Shown here: positions 1-10,258 of the stretch, in pieces
Numbering within the stretch: the first letter of the stretch is position 1
Layout: every line of letters starts with the position of its first letter
NCBI GenBank assembly: GCA_037385645.1
Contig: JARRMU010000020.1
Location: forward strand, 646 to 64,645
DNA: 64,000 nt
Direction: 5' to 3'
DNA from: Gemmatimonadales bacterium
GTDB taxonomy: Bacteria > Gemmatimonadota > Gemmatimonadetes > Palauibacterales > Palauibacteraceae
The notes under the pieces: model-generated
Told to the model about the DNA's origin: nothing
Database searches by the model: none
The model's input: only the letters and a program-made list of their open reading frames with translations
Position numbers and translations under genes: made by a program

Positions 1-9
1 GAATACACG

Positions 10-537
10 ATGCGAACAGGCATACATCCGGAGTACAAGAAGACGTTGATCACCTGCGCCTGCGGCAGGGTCTCGGAGACACGAGCGACGGTGGACGAGC
101 TCCACGTTGAGATCTGCTCTCACTGTCATCCTTTCTTCACCGGTCGCCAGAAGCTGGTGGACACGGCGGGGCGCGTGGAGCGCTTCCGAGCCAAGTACGG
201 GGCCGACAGCGGGCGGGTACCCGCCGCGGCTGAGAACGCGGAGGAGCCTGAAGCCGAGACTGCGACAGCAGTTGAGGAACCCGAAGCCGCCCGCGACGGG
301 CAGGAGTCGGATGCTGCGGACGCGCAGATGCCGGAGGACGAGCCGGAGGCTGTTCCTGAAGCCGCGGCGGATGAAGCGACGGAGCCGGAGGCTGACGCCG
401 TCGATGACTCGGCGGCCGCTTTGGAAGCTCAGGCGTCCGATGAGGGAGCGGCTGCGACGGGCCCCGCTGCCACGGACGAGCCGGGTGAGCCGGAGGAATC
501 CGCCGAGCAAGACGACGCGGCATCCGAGAAGAGCTGA
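10..537 (+). CDS. rpmE: 50S ribosomal protein L31 (zinc-ribbon type A) with ~105-aa acidic Ala/Glu/Pro/Asp-rich C-terminal extension
   Basis: N-terminal 68 aa ([24 protein letters not shown]) match L31; rest is low-complexity acidic tail. Confidence 0.85.
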   Translation: MRTGIHPEYKKTLITCACGRVSETRATVDELHVEICSHCHPFFTGRQKLVDTAGRVERFRAKYGADSGRVPAAAENAEEPEAETATAVEEPEAARDGQESDAADAQMPEDEPEAVPEAAADEATEPEADAVDDSAAALEAQASDEGAAATGPAATDEPGEPEESAEQDDAASEKS

Positions 538-625
538 GCGCCCACCCGCCTCCCTGCCCGCCAACGACCTCTCTGCGGGGGTCCGCGCATCGTAGGGCGA
601 CATCGCCGCGCGAACCACGATTCTC

Positions 626-1716
<1,091 letters not shown>

Positions 1717-1720
<4 letters not shown>

Positions 1721-2682
1721 ACCCGGGCGACGCCGAGGGGAGGGAGCTCCCCGGAGCCCGAAAGCCCGGCGGTCCCAGTCGCCGCGAGGCGCTGGAGGGT
1801 ATCGCTCGCGAGCTCGCGGCGGCCGGCATCGAGCCATCACGGGTCGAAGCTGAACGGCTCCTCTCGCTGGCGGTCGGGATCTCGAGAGCCGACCTCCAGC
1901 TCTCGCTCGCGTCCGAGCTCTCGGCCGAGGACGCGCGCACACTGGCCAGATCCGTCCGCCGTCGCCTGGCCGGAGAGCCTCTCCAGCATATCGAGGGCCA
2001 GGTCGAATTCCGGAGCCTCGTGCTCGCCGCCGATGGACGGGCCTTCGTTCCACGGCCCGAGACGGAGCAGCTGCTCGACCGAATCCTCGAGTGGGCGCGG
2101 GGGCGGCAGCAGACGGAGGCCGGGGTCCGGGTGGTCGCTCGCCCTTCGGGACGAGCGTACGTCGATACGGCGTTGGACATCGGCACCGGATCGGGAGCGA
2201 TCGCGCTGGCACTGGCCGATGAGCACGTCGCTGCCAGAATCGTCGCTCTCGACCGATCCCGCCGGGCGCTTGAGCAGGCGACGGAGAACCGGCGCGCGGT
2301 TGGCCAGGCGGAGGCGAACGTCGAGTTCCGACTCGTCGAGGGCACGCTGTGGGAGGCCGTGTGCGAAGGGGAGCGCTTCGATCTCATCGTCTCCAACCCG
2401 CCATACGTCTCGCTAGCCGAGATGGACCGCCTCCCCCGCGAGGTGCAACGTGATCCCTCGGAGGCGCTCGTGGCGGGCGAGGATGGACTCGACGTCATCC
2501 GTGAGATTCTAGCCGACGCCTGGGATCATCTGCAGCCCGGCGGGGCGCTGTTCCTGGAGATCGGAGAAGGGCAGGGGGAGCGGGTCCGCGAGCTGCTGGA
2601 GGAGAGCGGTGATTGGGCCAGAACGGCGATCTGGAAGGATCTGGCCGGAAAGGCGAGATTTGCCATGGCAGAGCGCCCGTGA
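1717..2682 (+). CDS. prmC: release factor glutamine N5-methyltransferase
   Basis: NPPY motif ([10 protein letters not shown]), SAM-MTase fold; GTG start in GTGA overlap with prfA stop. Confidence 0.9.
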
Positions 2683-2812
2683 GGCCGCCGGCGGCGACGG
2701 AATCTGCGGTCGCGCGCGGATTATGGCCGGGTTATACTACCGGCTTGACCTCAACCTGATAGCGTGAAGGCGTGATCCGCCGACACGCGGAACCTCATAA
2801 GAACGGACTTCG

Positions 2813-3190
2813 ATGGCGACCGACGACCCGCGTGACAGGATCATGGAGAAAGCCGAGGAGCTCGGCCGCCTGATCTCGCAGACAGCCGAATACAGCTACC
2901 TGAGCGCCGCCAACCGGGATCTGGCGGACGACCGGGAGGCGACGGAGACCCTCAACGAGATGAGGGCGCTGCAGGAGCGGTTGCTCGCCCACATCTCGCG
3001 CGGCGAAGATCCGCCCGCGGAGCTCCAGCAGGAGTATGGCGAGTTTCAGGAAAAGGTGCAGACGAGCAGCCGATACCAATCCCTCATCTCCTCCCAGCTC
3101 AACTTCGACAAACTGATGGACCGGGTACACAACTCCATCGGCAACGGCATCAAGAAGGGGCAGGAGAGCCGGATCATCATCCCCTCATGA
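2813..3190 (+). CDS. YlbF/YmcA-like (UPF0342) helical regulatory protein
   Basis: 125-aa all-helical ORF with YlbF-like pattern; family assignment from memory only. Confidence 0.5.
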   Translation: MATDDPRDRIMEKAEELGRLISQTAEYSYLSAANRDLADDREATETLNEMRALQERLLAHISRGEDPPAELQQEYGEFQEKVQTSSRYQSLISSQLNFDKLMDRVHNSIGNGIKKGQESRIIIPS

Positions 3191-3891
3191 AGCGCCTCCG
3201 CGCGGTCCTGGAGAAAGGTCTGCGCGCGACCGTCGAGCCGGCCGTATCCTGGCTGACGAACCGCCGCGTCCTCCCGAACATTCTGTCGACCGCGGGATTC
3301 CTGATCACGTGCAGCTCCGGCTTTTTCTTCCATCAGCACCACGTCCGTACGGCCGGCTTCCTGATTCTCCTGGGAGGCGTATTCGACATCTTCGATGGCA
3401 CGGTGGCCCGCCGGACGGGGCTTGCGTCGCCGTTCGGCGCTTTCTACGACTCGACGCTGGATCGCCTCTCGGAGATCATCGTCTACGTCGGGCTGCTATC
3501 GCTCTACAACGACTATCGACTCGAGCTGGGCGACGTCGGCATGATCTACTGGATATTCCTGGCGATGGCCGGCTCGCTGATGATCAGCTATACGCGAGCA
3601 CGAGCCGAGGGCCTGGGCGTACGCTGCGACGTCGGAATGATGCAGCGCGCCGAGAGAGTGATCCTGATCGGCTTCGCGGCATTGATCTTCGGAGAAGCCA
3701 CGCTGCTCGGCGTGGAGGGCCTGGCCCTTCGCGTGGTGATCATAGGTCTCGCCATCCTCACCAACATCACCGTCGTACAACGAATCGTCTGGGTATACCA
3801 GCATTCGCGCCCCTATGGGCGACCCGAGCCGGAGGCGGCCGTACGTCCGCCGGCCGACGAGTCCCACTTCGCCGGACCACCCGACGCCTGA
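3187..3891 (+). CDS. CDP-alcohol phosphatidyltransferase (predicted phosphatidylinositol-phosphate synthase)
   Basis: D-G-x2-A-R-x8-G-x3-D-x3-D motif (FDIFDGTVARRTGLASPFGAFYDSTLDRLSE); multi-TM; ATGA overlap with upstream gene; adjacent to ino1. Confidence 0.8.
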   Translation: MKRLRAVLEKGLRATVEPAVSWLTNRRVLPNILSTAGFLITCSSGFFFHQHHVRTAGFLILLGGVFDIFDGTVARRTGLASPFGAFYDSTLDRLSEIIVYVGLLSLYNDYRLELGDVGMIYWIFLAMAGSLMISYTRARAEGLGVRCDVGMMQRAERVILIGFAALIFGEATLLGVEGLALRVVIIGLAILTNITVVQRIVWVYQHSRPYGRPEPEAAVRPPADESHFAGPPDA

Positions 3892-3937
3892 CGGGACTAG
3901 CCCACTTCACCGAGAAGACGACCACCGCGGGGAGAGA

Positions 3938-5284
3938 ATGAACGATATGCAAGCAAGTAGCGGGAACACCGGGCTGGAGATCGCTCCCGCCGAGGGCAAG
4001 CTCGGCGTCATGTTGGTGGGCTTGGGAGCGGTATCGACGACCTTCATCGCTGGAGTCGAGAGCTTTCGTCGGGGTCTCAGCCGACCCATCGGGTCGATCA
4101 CCCAGATGAGCACGATCCGACTCGGCAAGCGTACGGATGCGAGGGTGCCCCTGGTGAAGGACTTCGTCCCGCTTGCGGCCCTGGCGGATCTCGAGTTCGC
4201 CGCGTGGGATCCGATCCCGGACGACGCGTACGATTCCGCCAAGACGTGCGGCGTGCTGAAGCCGGAGGACGTGGACCCGCTCGCCGACTTCCTTCGGGGC
4301 ATCCGGCCGATGCCGGCTGTGTTCGATAAGCGCTACGTGAAGAAGCTCGACGGCACCAACGTCAAGAGTGCCGGGAACAAGCTGGAACTCGCGGAGCAGC
4401 TTCGGGAGGACATTCGGCGCTTCAAGGAGGAGAAGGGCTGTGACCGGCTCGTGATGGTCTGGGCCGCGTCCACGGAGGTGTTCCTGAAGCCCAGCGAGGT
4501 GCACGCCACGCTGGACTCGTTCGAGAAGGCGATGGCGGAGAATGATGACGCCATCGCTCCCTCGATGGTGTACGCCTACGCCGCTCTCAAGGAGGGCGTG
4601 CCGTTCGCCAACGGGGCTCCCAACCTCACCGTCGACATCCCGGCGATGCTGCAGCTTGCGGACGAGGCGGGCATGCCGGTCTGTGGGAAGGACTTCAAGA
4701 CGGGCCAGACGTTGATGAAGACGATCCTCGCGCCGGGCCTCAAGGCACGGATGCTCGGCCTGAACGGCTGGTTCTCCACCAACATCCTCGGAAATCGCGA
4801 CGGCGAGGTGCTAGACGATCCGGAGAGCTTCAAGACGAAAGAAGAGTCCAAGCTCGGGGTGCTCGAGTACATCCTCCAGCCGGAGATGTACCCCGAGCTC
4901 TACGACAACATCTACCACAAGGTGCGGATCAACTACTACCCTCCTCGCGGCGACAACAAGGAGGGTTGGGACAACATCGACGTGTTCGGCTGGATGGGAT
5001 ACCCGATGCAGATCAAGATCGACTTCCTCTGCCGGGATTCGATTCTCGCCGCTCCGATCGTCTTGGACCTGGCGCTGTTCATGGACCTGGCGGCTCGAGC
5101 GGGCCTCCAAGGGATCCAGGAGTGGCTCTCGTTCTTCTTCAAGAGCCCCCAGGTGGCGCCCGGGCTCTATCCGGAGCATGACCTGTTTATCCAGCACTGG
5201 AAGTTGAAGAACACGCTGCGCTGGCTGATGGGTGAGGAGCAGATCACTCACCTCGGGACCGAGTATTACGCCGACTATCAGTAG
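3938..5284 (+). CDS. ino1: myo-inositol-1-phosphate synthase
   Basis: MIPS family conserved blocks; ATG at 3938 preceded by GGAGAG RBS; the long ORF from 3815 is an N-terminal run-on. Confidence 0.85.
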   Translation: MNDMQASSGNTGLEIAPAEGKLGVMLVGLGAVSTTFIAGVESFRRGLSRPIGSITQMSTIRLGKRTDARVPLVKDFVPLAALADLEFAAWDPIPDDAYDSAKTCGVLKPEDVDPLADFLRGIRPMPAVFDKRYVKKLDGTNVKSAGNKLELAEQLREDIRRFKEEKGCDRLVMVWAASTEVFLKPSEVHATLDSFEKAMAENDDAIAPSMVYAYAALKEGVPFANGAPNLTVDIPAMLQLADEAGMPVCGKDFKTGQTLMKTILAPGLKARMLGLNGWFSTNILGNRDGEVLDDPESFKTKEESKLGVLEYILQPEMYPELYDNIYHKVRINYYPPRGDNKEGWDNIDVFGWMGYPMQIKIDFLCRDSILAAPIVLDLALFMDLAARAGLQGIQEWLSFFFKSPQVAPGLYPEHDLFIQHWKLKNTLRWLMGEEQITHLGTEYYADYQ

Positions 5285-5786
5285 GCAGGCGGAAGAATCC
5301 GGCCGCGGCTTCTTCCTCGTCTTCGAAGGGGTCGAAGGAGCCGGAAAGACGACGCAGTATCTCGCGTCGCGCTCGGAGTTCGTCCGGCAGATCGTGCGTC
5401 CGGCTCTGGGCGAAGGGCGGGTCGTCGTGGCCGACCGGTACGAGCTCTCGACGCTCGCATACCAGGGTATCGCCCGCGGCCTGGGCCTCGAGGAAGTACG
5501 CCGGCTCAACTCGTGGGCCACCGGAGGGCTGGAGCCCGATGCTGTGGTCCTTCTTCGGATCGACCCATCGGCCGGCCGCGACCGCAAGGAAGAGGAGCCG
5601 GACCGGTTGGAGCGTGAGTCGGGAGAGTTCTTTCGCCGGGTGGCGGATGCCTACGACTTGCTTGCCTCCTTGGACACGAGGATAGTGGCGGTGGAGGCAC
5701 AGGGATCGCCCGAACAGGTCGAGGAGCGCGTGGTTGCCGAGCTTGTCGGGCGATGGCCAGGAACTTTTGAAGTGCTAAGGCGTTAG
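5232..5786 (+). CDS. tmk: thymidylate kinase-like protein with in-frame internal deletion of the TMP-binding region (possible pseudogene or assembly artefact)
   Basis: P-loop FLVFEGVEGAGKTTQ then directly FVRQIVRPALGEGRVVVADRYELSTLAYQG; about 55 aa including the TREPGG motif are absent compared with canonical Tmk; 5' end overlaps ino1 3' end. Confidence 0.6.
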   Translation: MRSRSLTSGPSITPTISRQAEESGRGFFLVFEGVEGAGKTTQYLASRSEFVRQIVRPALGEGRVVVADRYELSTLAYQGIARGLGLEEVRRLNSWATGGLEPDAVVLLRIDPSAGRDRKEEEPDRLERESGEFFRRVADAYDLLASLDTRIVAVEAQGSPEQVEERVVAELVGRWPGTFEVLRR

Positions 5787-5864
5787 CAATCAATACTCGC
5801 GGTTTCACGGGTCCGAACATAGAGCTCCTGTCGGACGGTGGTCGCCCAGGGATACGGAGGCTGA

Positions 5865-7517
5865 ATGAAGCTCAGGCGAACGTGGCTTTCTCCGCTGGCC
5901 GTGGCGTTGATCGCGTTGGTGAGCGGTGGCTGGCTGCTACAGCAGGGCACCACGCACGAAGATGCTTATACGCAGTCGAAGCTGCTCGACGAGGTCCTCC
6001 GCCTGGTCGCCGAACGCTACGTCGAGGAGACAGAGCCGGCGGAGCTTTACCGTATGGCGATCGACGGCCTCCTGACCGAGCTCGGAGATCCCTACACGGA
6101 CTTTCTAGATCGCGATGAGTGGAAGGATTTGCAGCTCAGCACCACGGGGAACTACGGTGGCCTCGGAATCCGGATCGACGAGCAGGATGGCTGGATCACG
6201 GTGGTTGCCGTCCTGCCGAACACGCCCGCCGAGAAGCGAGGGCTGATCACCGGTGATCGGCTCATCGAGGTCGATGGCGAGTCGGCAGAGGGGTGGAGCA
6301 CCAACGATGCGGTTCAGGTGCTGCGGGGACCCAAGGGCAGCGTGGTACAACTCCTCGTCATGCGGCCCGGAGTGGATCGCCCGCTCGAGGTGGAAATCGA
6401 GCGCGACGAGATCCACGTCGTCTCGGTCAAGTCCTTTATGGTGGATGACGACGTCGGCTTCGTCCGGCTCGAGCAGTTCAGCCGGTCGGCGCGGGGCGAG
6501 CTTCAATCAGCGATCGACCAGCTGATTTCCCAGGGAGCCAAGTCGTTAATTCTCGACCTGCGCTCGAATCCGGGTGGGCTCCTGGAGGAGGGGATCTCGG
6601 TCGCCGACCTCTTCCTGCCTCGCGGCGTGAAGGTGGTGGAGACCCGGTCCAGAAACAAGAGTGAAAACCAGGCGTATGGCGCGCCGTCGAACGAGCAGTA
6701 TCCGGGCCTCCCATTGGTCGTGCTCGTCAATCCCTACTCGGCCAGCGCCTCCGAGATCGTCGCCGGAGCCCTGCAGGATCACGATCGAGCGCTCATCATC
6801 GGAACGACGACGTTCGGAAAGGGTCTGGTTCAGACGCTGTACCCCCTTTCCGGCGGCAACTATTTGAAGATGACGACCGCCCGCTGGTTCACGCCGAGCG
6901 GACGCACGATCCAGAAGCCCTTCCGGACCGACTTCGCGGCGCTCGCCGGGGAGGCCATCTCCATGGAGGGCGATCCGGTCCACGTCGTCGACGTGGCGGA
7001 CAAGGAGACCTTCTACACGGATGCCGGGCGCATCGTCTACGGGGGAGGCGGCATCACGCCCGATATCACGGTGATGCCGGACACACTGACCTCGAACGAA
7101 CAGCTTTTCCGAGAGGAGCTTGTCCAAAGCGAGCTGGCGTTGCGAGATGCCACGTTCCGCTTCTCGGTCCAATGGGTCCATGACCACCCGGATCTTCGCG
7201 AGGACTTCGAGATCACGCCGGCCATCCGAGACGCGTTCTACCACTTCATAGTCGAGGAAGAGGAGATCGAGGTCGACAGGGATCTGTTCGACGACGCGGC
7301 GGGTTGGATCGACTGGGAGCTGGGGATCCGCATCGCTCAGTCGGCGTTTGGCGAGGAGGCGTCCCTGAAACGCACGCTCCGTCGACAGCCGCAGGTCACC
7401 AAGGCGATCGCGCTGCTCCGGCAGACGCATACGCCGCAGGATCTGATCGCCCTCGCGGCGAGCGAGGAGGTGGTCGTCGAAGAGGGGGGCGCCGAACCAA
7501 CACCGACCCCCAACTAG
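5865..7517 (+). CDS. ctpA: carboxyl-terminal processing protease (S41)
   Basis: PDZ domain plus S41 motif LILDLRSNPGGLL; GGAGG RBS. Confidence 0.9.
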   Translation: MKLRRTWLSPLAVALIALVSGGWLLQQGTTHEDAYTQSKLLDEVLRLVAERYVEETEPAELYRMAIDGLLTELGDPYTDFLDRDEWKDLQLSTTGNYGGLGIRIDEQDGWITVVAVLPNTPAEKRGLITGDRLIEVDGESAEGWSTNDAVQVLRGPKGSVVQLLVMRPGVDRPLEVEIERDEIHVVSVKSFMVDDDVGFVRLEQFSRSARGELQSAIDQLISQGAKSLILDLRSNPGGLLEEGISVADLFLPRGVKVVETRSRNKSENQAYGAPSNEQYPGLPLVVLVNPYSASASEIVAGALQDHDRALIIGTTTFGKGLVQTLYPLSGGNYLKMTTARWFTPSGRTIQKPFRTDFAALAGEAISMEGDPVHVVDVADKETFYTDAGRIVYGGGGITPDITVMPDTLTSNEQLFREELVQSELALRDATFRFSVQWVHDHPDLREDFEITPAIRDAFYHFIVEEEEIEVDRDLFDDAAGWIDWELGIRIAQSAFGEEASLKRTLRRQPQVTKAIALLRQTHTPQDLIALAASEEVVVEEGGAEPTPTPN

Positions 7518-7527
7518 CGGACGTGGC

Positions 7528-7550
7528 GGAGCCGGGTCCCGCCCGGCTCC
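7528..7550 (+). terminator. GC-rich hairpin (9-bp stem GGAGCCGGG/CCCGGCTCC) 10 nt after ctpA stop, no U-tract
   Basis: perfect inverted repeat seen in sequence. Confidence 0.3.
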
Positions 7551-7642
7551 GTGCTCTCGCCACAGTTGGCGGGTCTTCCACGCAGCGATCCGGCTGACGG
7601 GGACAGGGAACGATCCGAGGTAGTCTTCGCGCCGCGCCGGTC

Positions 7643-8545
7643 ATGGCCCTCGGCTTGGTCGGGGTCTCGGTCTCGGCCGTGCTGGTGCGGCTGGCGGACG
7701 CGCCGGTAAGCGCCATAGCCTTCTGGAGGCTCACGCTCTCCCTGCTCCTGATCCTCCCTCTCCTCGGCCTCTCAGGCCAGTGGCGTGAGGTCGGCTCGTT
7801 GGGTCGCTCGGAGTGGCGCTGGGTCGTCCTGTCCGGCGGCGCCCTGGCCCTCCACTTCGTGACCTGGTTTCTCTCGTTGGAGTACACGAGCGTGGCGAGC
7901 TCTACCGTGCTCGTGACGGCTCATCCGCTTTATGTGGGGCTGCTCTCGACGCTCTGGCTGCGTGAGCCGCCGTCCCGGCTCGAGTGGGTAGCCATCCTGG
8001 TGGCCACCTCGGGCGCGGTGTGGATCGGGTGGGGGGACTTTCATCTAGGCGAAGGTGCGTTCGTCGGCGACCTGCTGGCTGCACTGGCTGCCTTCTTCGC
8101 CGCCCTATACTTCATTTCCGGCCGCCGGCTTCGCCTGCGTCTCGGGCTGTGGAGCTACGTGGCACCGGTCTACCTGCTCGCGGCGCTCCTCACCGGCGTC
8201 TCCATGTGGGTAAGGGGGGTGCCGGCGGTTGGCTATTCCCCCGCAAACTGGGTCCTCTTCGCCGGGATGGCGATCGGACCCATGCTTTTCGGACACACGT
8301 CCTTCAACTGGGCGCTGCGCCATGTGCGCGCATATGTTGTCAGCCTTGTCGTCCTGCTCGAGCCCGTCGGAGCCACGGTGCTGGCCGTTCTCGTGCTCGG
8401 CGCCGCCGAGCGGCCTTCGATGAACACGGTGACGGGGGGCATCGCGATCCTGATCGGCATGGCGATGCTCGTGCGCGAGCAGGCACGGAGGTCGTCGACC
8501 CGGCCTCCCCTCTCGCACTCGACCACGAACGACCACAACGGATGA
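7643..8545 (+). CDS. EamA/DMT family transporter
   Basis: 300 aa, about 10 TM helices, duplicated EamA-like halves. Confidence 0.8.
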   Translation: MALGLVGVSVSAVLVRLADAPVSAIAFWRLTLSLLLILPLLGLSGQWREVGSLGRSEWRWVVLSGGALALHFVTWFLSLEYTSVASSTVLVTAHPLYVGLLSTLWLREPPSRLEWVAILVATSGAVWIGWGDFHLGEGAFVGDLLAALAAFFAALYFISGRRLRLRLGLWSYVAPVYLLAALLTGVSMWVRGVPAVGYSPANWVLFAGMAIGPMLFGHTSFNWALRHVRAYVVSLVVLLEPVGATVLAVLVLGAAERPSMNTVTGGIAILIGMAMLVREQARRSSTRPPLSHSTTNDHNG

Positions 8546-8555
8546 CGGCGGAAGA

Positions 8556-9572
8556 GTGATCAAGAACACGGTACGCGTGACGCGCGGCACGGAGTTGGAG
8601 TCCCGGCACCGGGCCCACGGCATCGTATGCGGCCTCGACTCTGATGAGGAAGCCCAGTTCGGAGACTCGGAGCTCCTCGCGTTCTGGCGCTCGGCGATGA
8701 AGCCGTTCCAAGGGCTTCCGCTCGTCGTCGATGGAGTGACCGAGACATACGGCTTCGGGTCGACGGAGCTCGCGATCTGCTGCGCCTCCCACGACGGCAC
8801 GCCCACTCAGGTCGAGATCGTCAGTGCGATGCTGGCTCGCTTGGGCCTGTTCTCCGGCCAGCTCGCCTGTGGGGTCCACCCGCCGTACGATCGGCCATCG
8901 GCGGACGCCGTGATTCGCGCCGGCGGCCACTTCACGCCGCTTCACAACAACTGCTCGGGCAAGCACACCGGTATGTTGGCGCTCGCCCTCCATCGAGGCT
9001 GGCCGCTCAGGGGATACGCGGAGCGCGACCACGGGGTCCAGCGGCGGATCCGTCGCGAGCTAGAGGAATGGCTGGATGTGGATCCCGAGATCCTGCGCTG
9101 GACGGTCGACGGATGCGGCGTGCCCACGCCCTACCTCTCTCTTCGGCAGATGGCGCGCGCCTATGCGCGCCTGGGTCGAGCCGCCGCGACGGGCATGAGG
9201 GGCGCGGCGGAGGTTGTAAGCGCGATGACGACCCATGCGGAGCTTGTCTCGGGCGAGGGGAACTTCGCAACGCGGCTGATGCAGGACACGAAAGGTCGGA
9301 TCTTGGGCAAGGAGGGCGCCGAGGGAGTGTTCTGCGCCACGGCCCCTCAGCTCGGGTGGGGGCTCGCTCTGAAGATCGGGGACGGGAACGCGAGAGCGGC
9401 GGGGCCCGCCGTCATCGGGATGCTGGAGGCGCTGAGCCTGCTCAGCGACGAGGAGTCGGAGAGGTTGAACGACATGCGAGAGCCGCTCGTCACGAACAGG
9501 CTGGGTAGGAAGGTGGGCGTCATTCAAGCAGACATGTATCCCCGGCTGGTTCCGGAGGCGGCGCCCCTCTGA
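8556..9572 (+). CDS. L-asparaginase II family protein (Rhizobium etli-type, PF06089-like)
   Basis: motifs ESRHRAH, HNNCSGKH, DGCGVP, KEGAEGV recalled for this family. Confidence 0.6.
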   Translation: MIKNTVRVTRGTELESRHRAHGIVCGLDSDEEAQFGDSELLAFWRSAMKPFQGLPLVVDGVTETYGFGSTELAICCASHDGTPTQVEIVSAMLARLGLFSGQLACGVHPPYDRPSADAVIRAGGHFTPLHNNCSGKHTGMLALALHRGWPLRGYAERDHGVQRRIRRELEEWLDVDPEILRWTVDGCGVPTPYLSLRQMARAYARLGRAAATGMRGAAEVVSAMTTHAELVSGEGNFATRLMQDTKGRILGKEGAEGVFCATAPQLGWGLALKIGDGNARAAGPAVIGMLEALSLLSDEESERLNDMREPLVTNRLGRKVGVIQADMYPRLVPEAAPL

Positions 9573-9583
9573 GCGACGAGAAG

Positions 9584-10258
9584 ATGAACGGGTCGATGCT
9601 CGCGGCGGATGGCCCCTCGGAGCGAGAGGCGCTCGTGCTCGTCTCGGCGGCGCACGCCTCGCGCGACGAAGCGGCCTTGCGCGCGGTTCTGGGCGAGGTC
9701 GCCGCGACGGTGGGACCGGAGCTCGTCGAGGAAGTGCTCCTTCAGGCCTATCTGTTCTTGGGCTTCCCAGCGGCGATATGGGCCTTCGGCATCTGGCGCT
9801 CCCTCGCCCCCGGCAGCCCCAGATCGGAGGTCCCGGATCACGATTCGCGCTCGCTCGAAGCGGGTGCGGTCTCGACCGATCTCGCCTCGACGTGGGAACG
9901 AGAGGGAGAGACCGTGTGCGCTCGCGTCTACGCCGGTAACTACGACAAGCTGAGAAGGAACGTCCGGGCTCTGCATCCCGAGCTGGACCGCTGGATGATC
10001 CAGGAGGGGTATGGAAAAGTCTTGAGTCGGCCGACCATCGACCTTCCGACGCGCGAGCTTTGCATCGTCGCTTCACTAGCCGTGACGGGATGGGAGCCGC
10101 AGTTGCACTCCCATCTGCGGGGGGCTCTCAACGCCGGCGCCGAGCCGGCCGAGGTCGAGGCGGCTCTCGAGGCGGGTCTGCGCTACGCTCGGACCGAGGT
10201 TTGGCGCGAACGAGCGTGGACGCTCTGGCAGCAGGTCTTGAGCCGCCATGTTCGTTGA
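9584..10258 (+). CDS. carboxymuconolactone decarboxylase (AhpD-like) family protein
   Basis: CMD-like helical repeats; end overlaps obg start. Confidence 0.7.
   Translation: MNGSMLAADGPSEREALVLVSAAHASRDEAALRAVLGEVAATVGPELVEEVLLQAYLFLGFPAAIWAFGIWRSLAPGSPRSEVPDHDSRSLEAGAVSTDLASTWEREGETVCARVYAGNYDKLRRNVRALHPELDRWMIQEGYGKVLSRPTIDLPTRELCIVASLAVTGWEPQLHSHLRGALNAGAEPAEVEAALEAGLRYARTEVWRERAWTLWQQVLSRHVR

Noticed and set aside
2683-2812. Possible riboswitch or promoter in the 130-nt prmC-ylbF spacer (TTGACC, TTATACT boxes, small hairpin)
   Set aside because: The boxes are not at proper spacing and there is no recognisable riboswitch consensus. Too weak to call.
5768-5792. CIRCE-like half sites AGTGCTAA-ggcg-TTAGCAAT
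   Set aside because: They are in everted order with a 4-nt spacer, not TTAGCACTC-N9-GAGTGCTAA. They lie inside the tmk 3' coding end and are probably coincidental.
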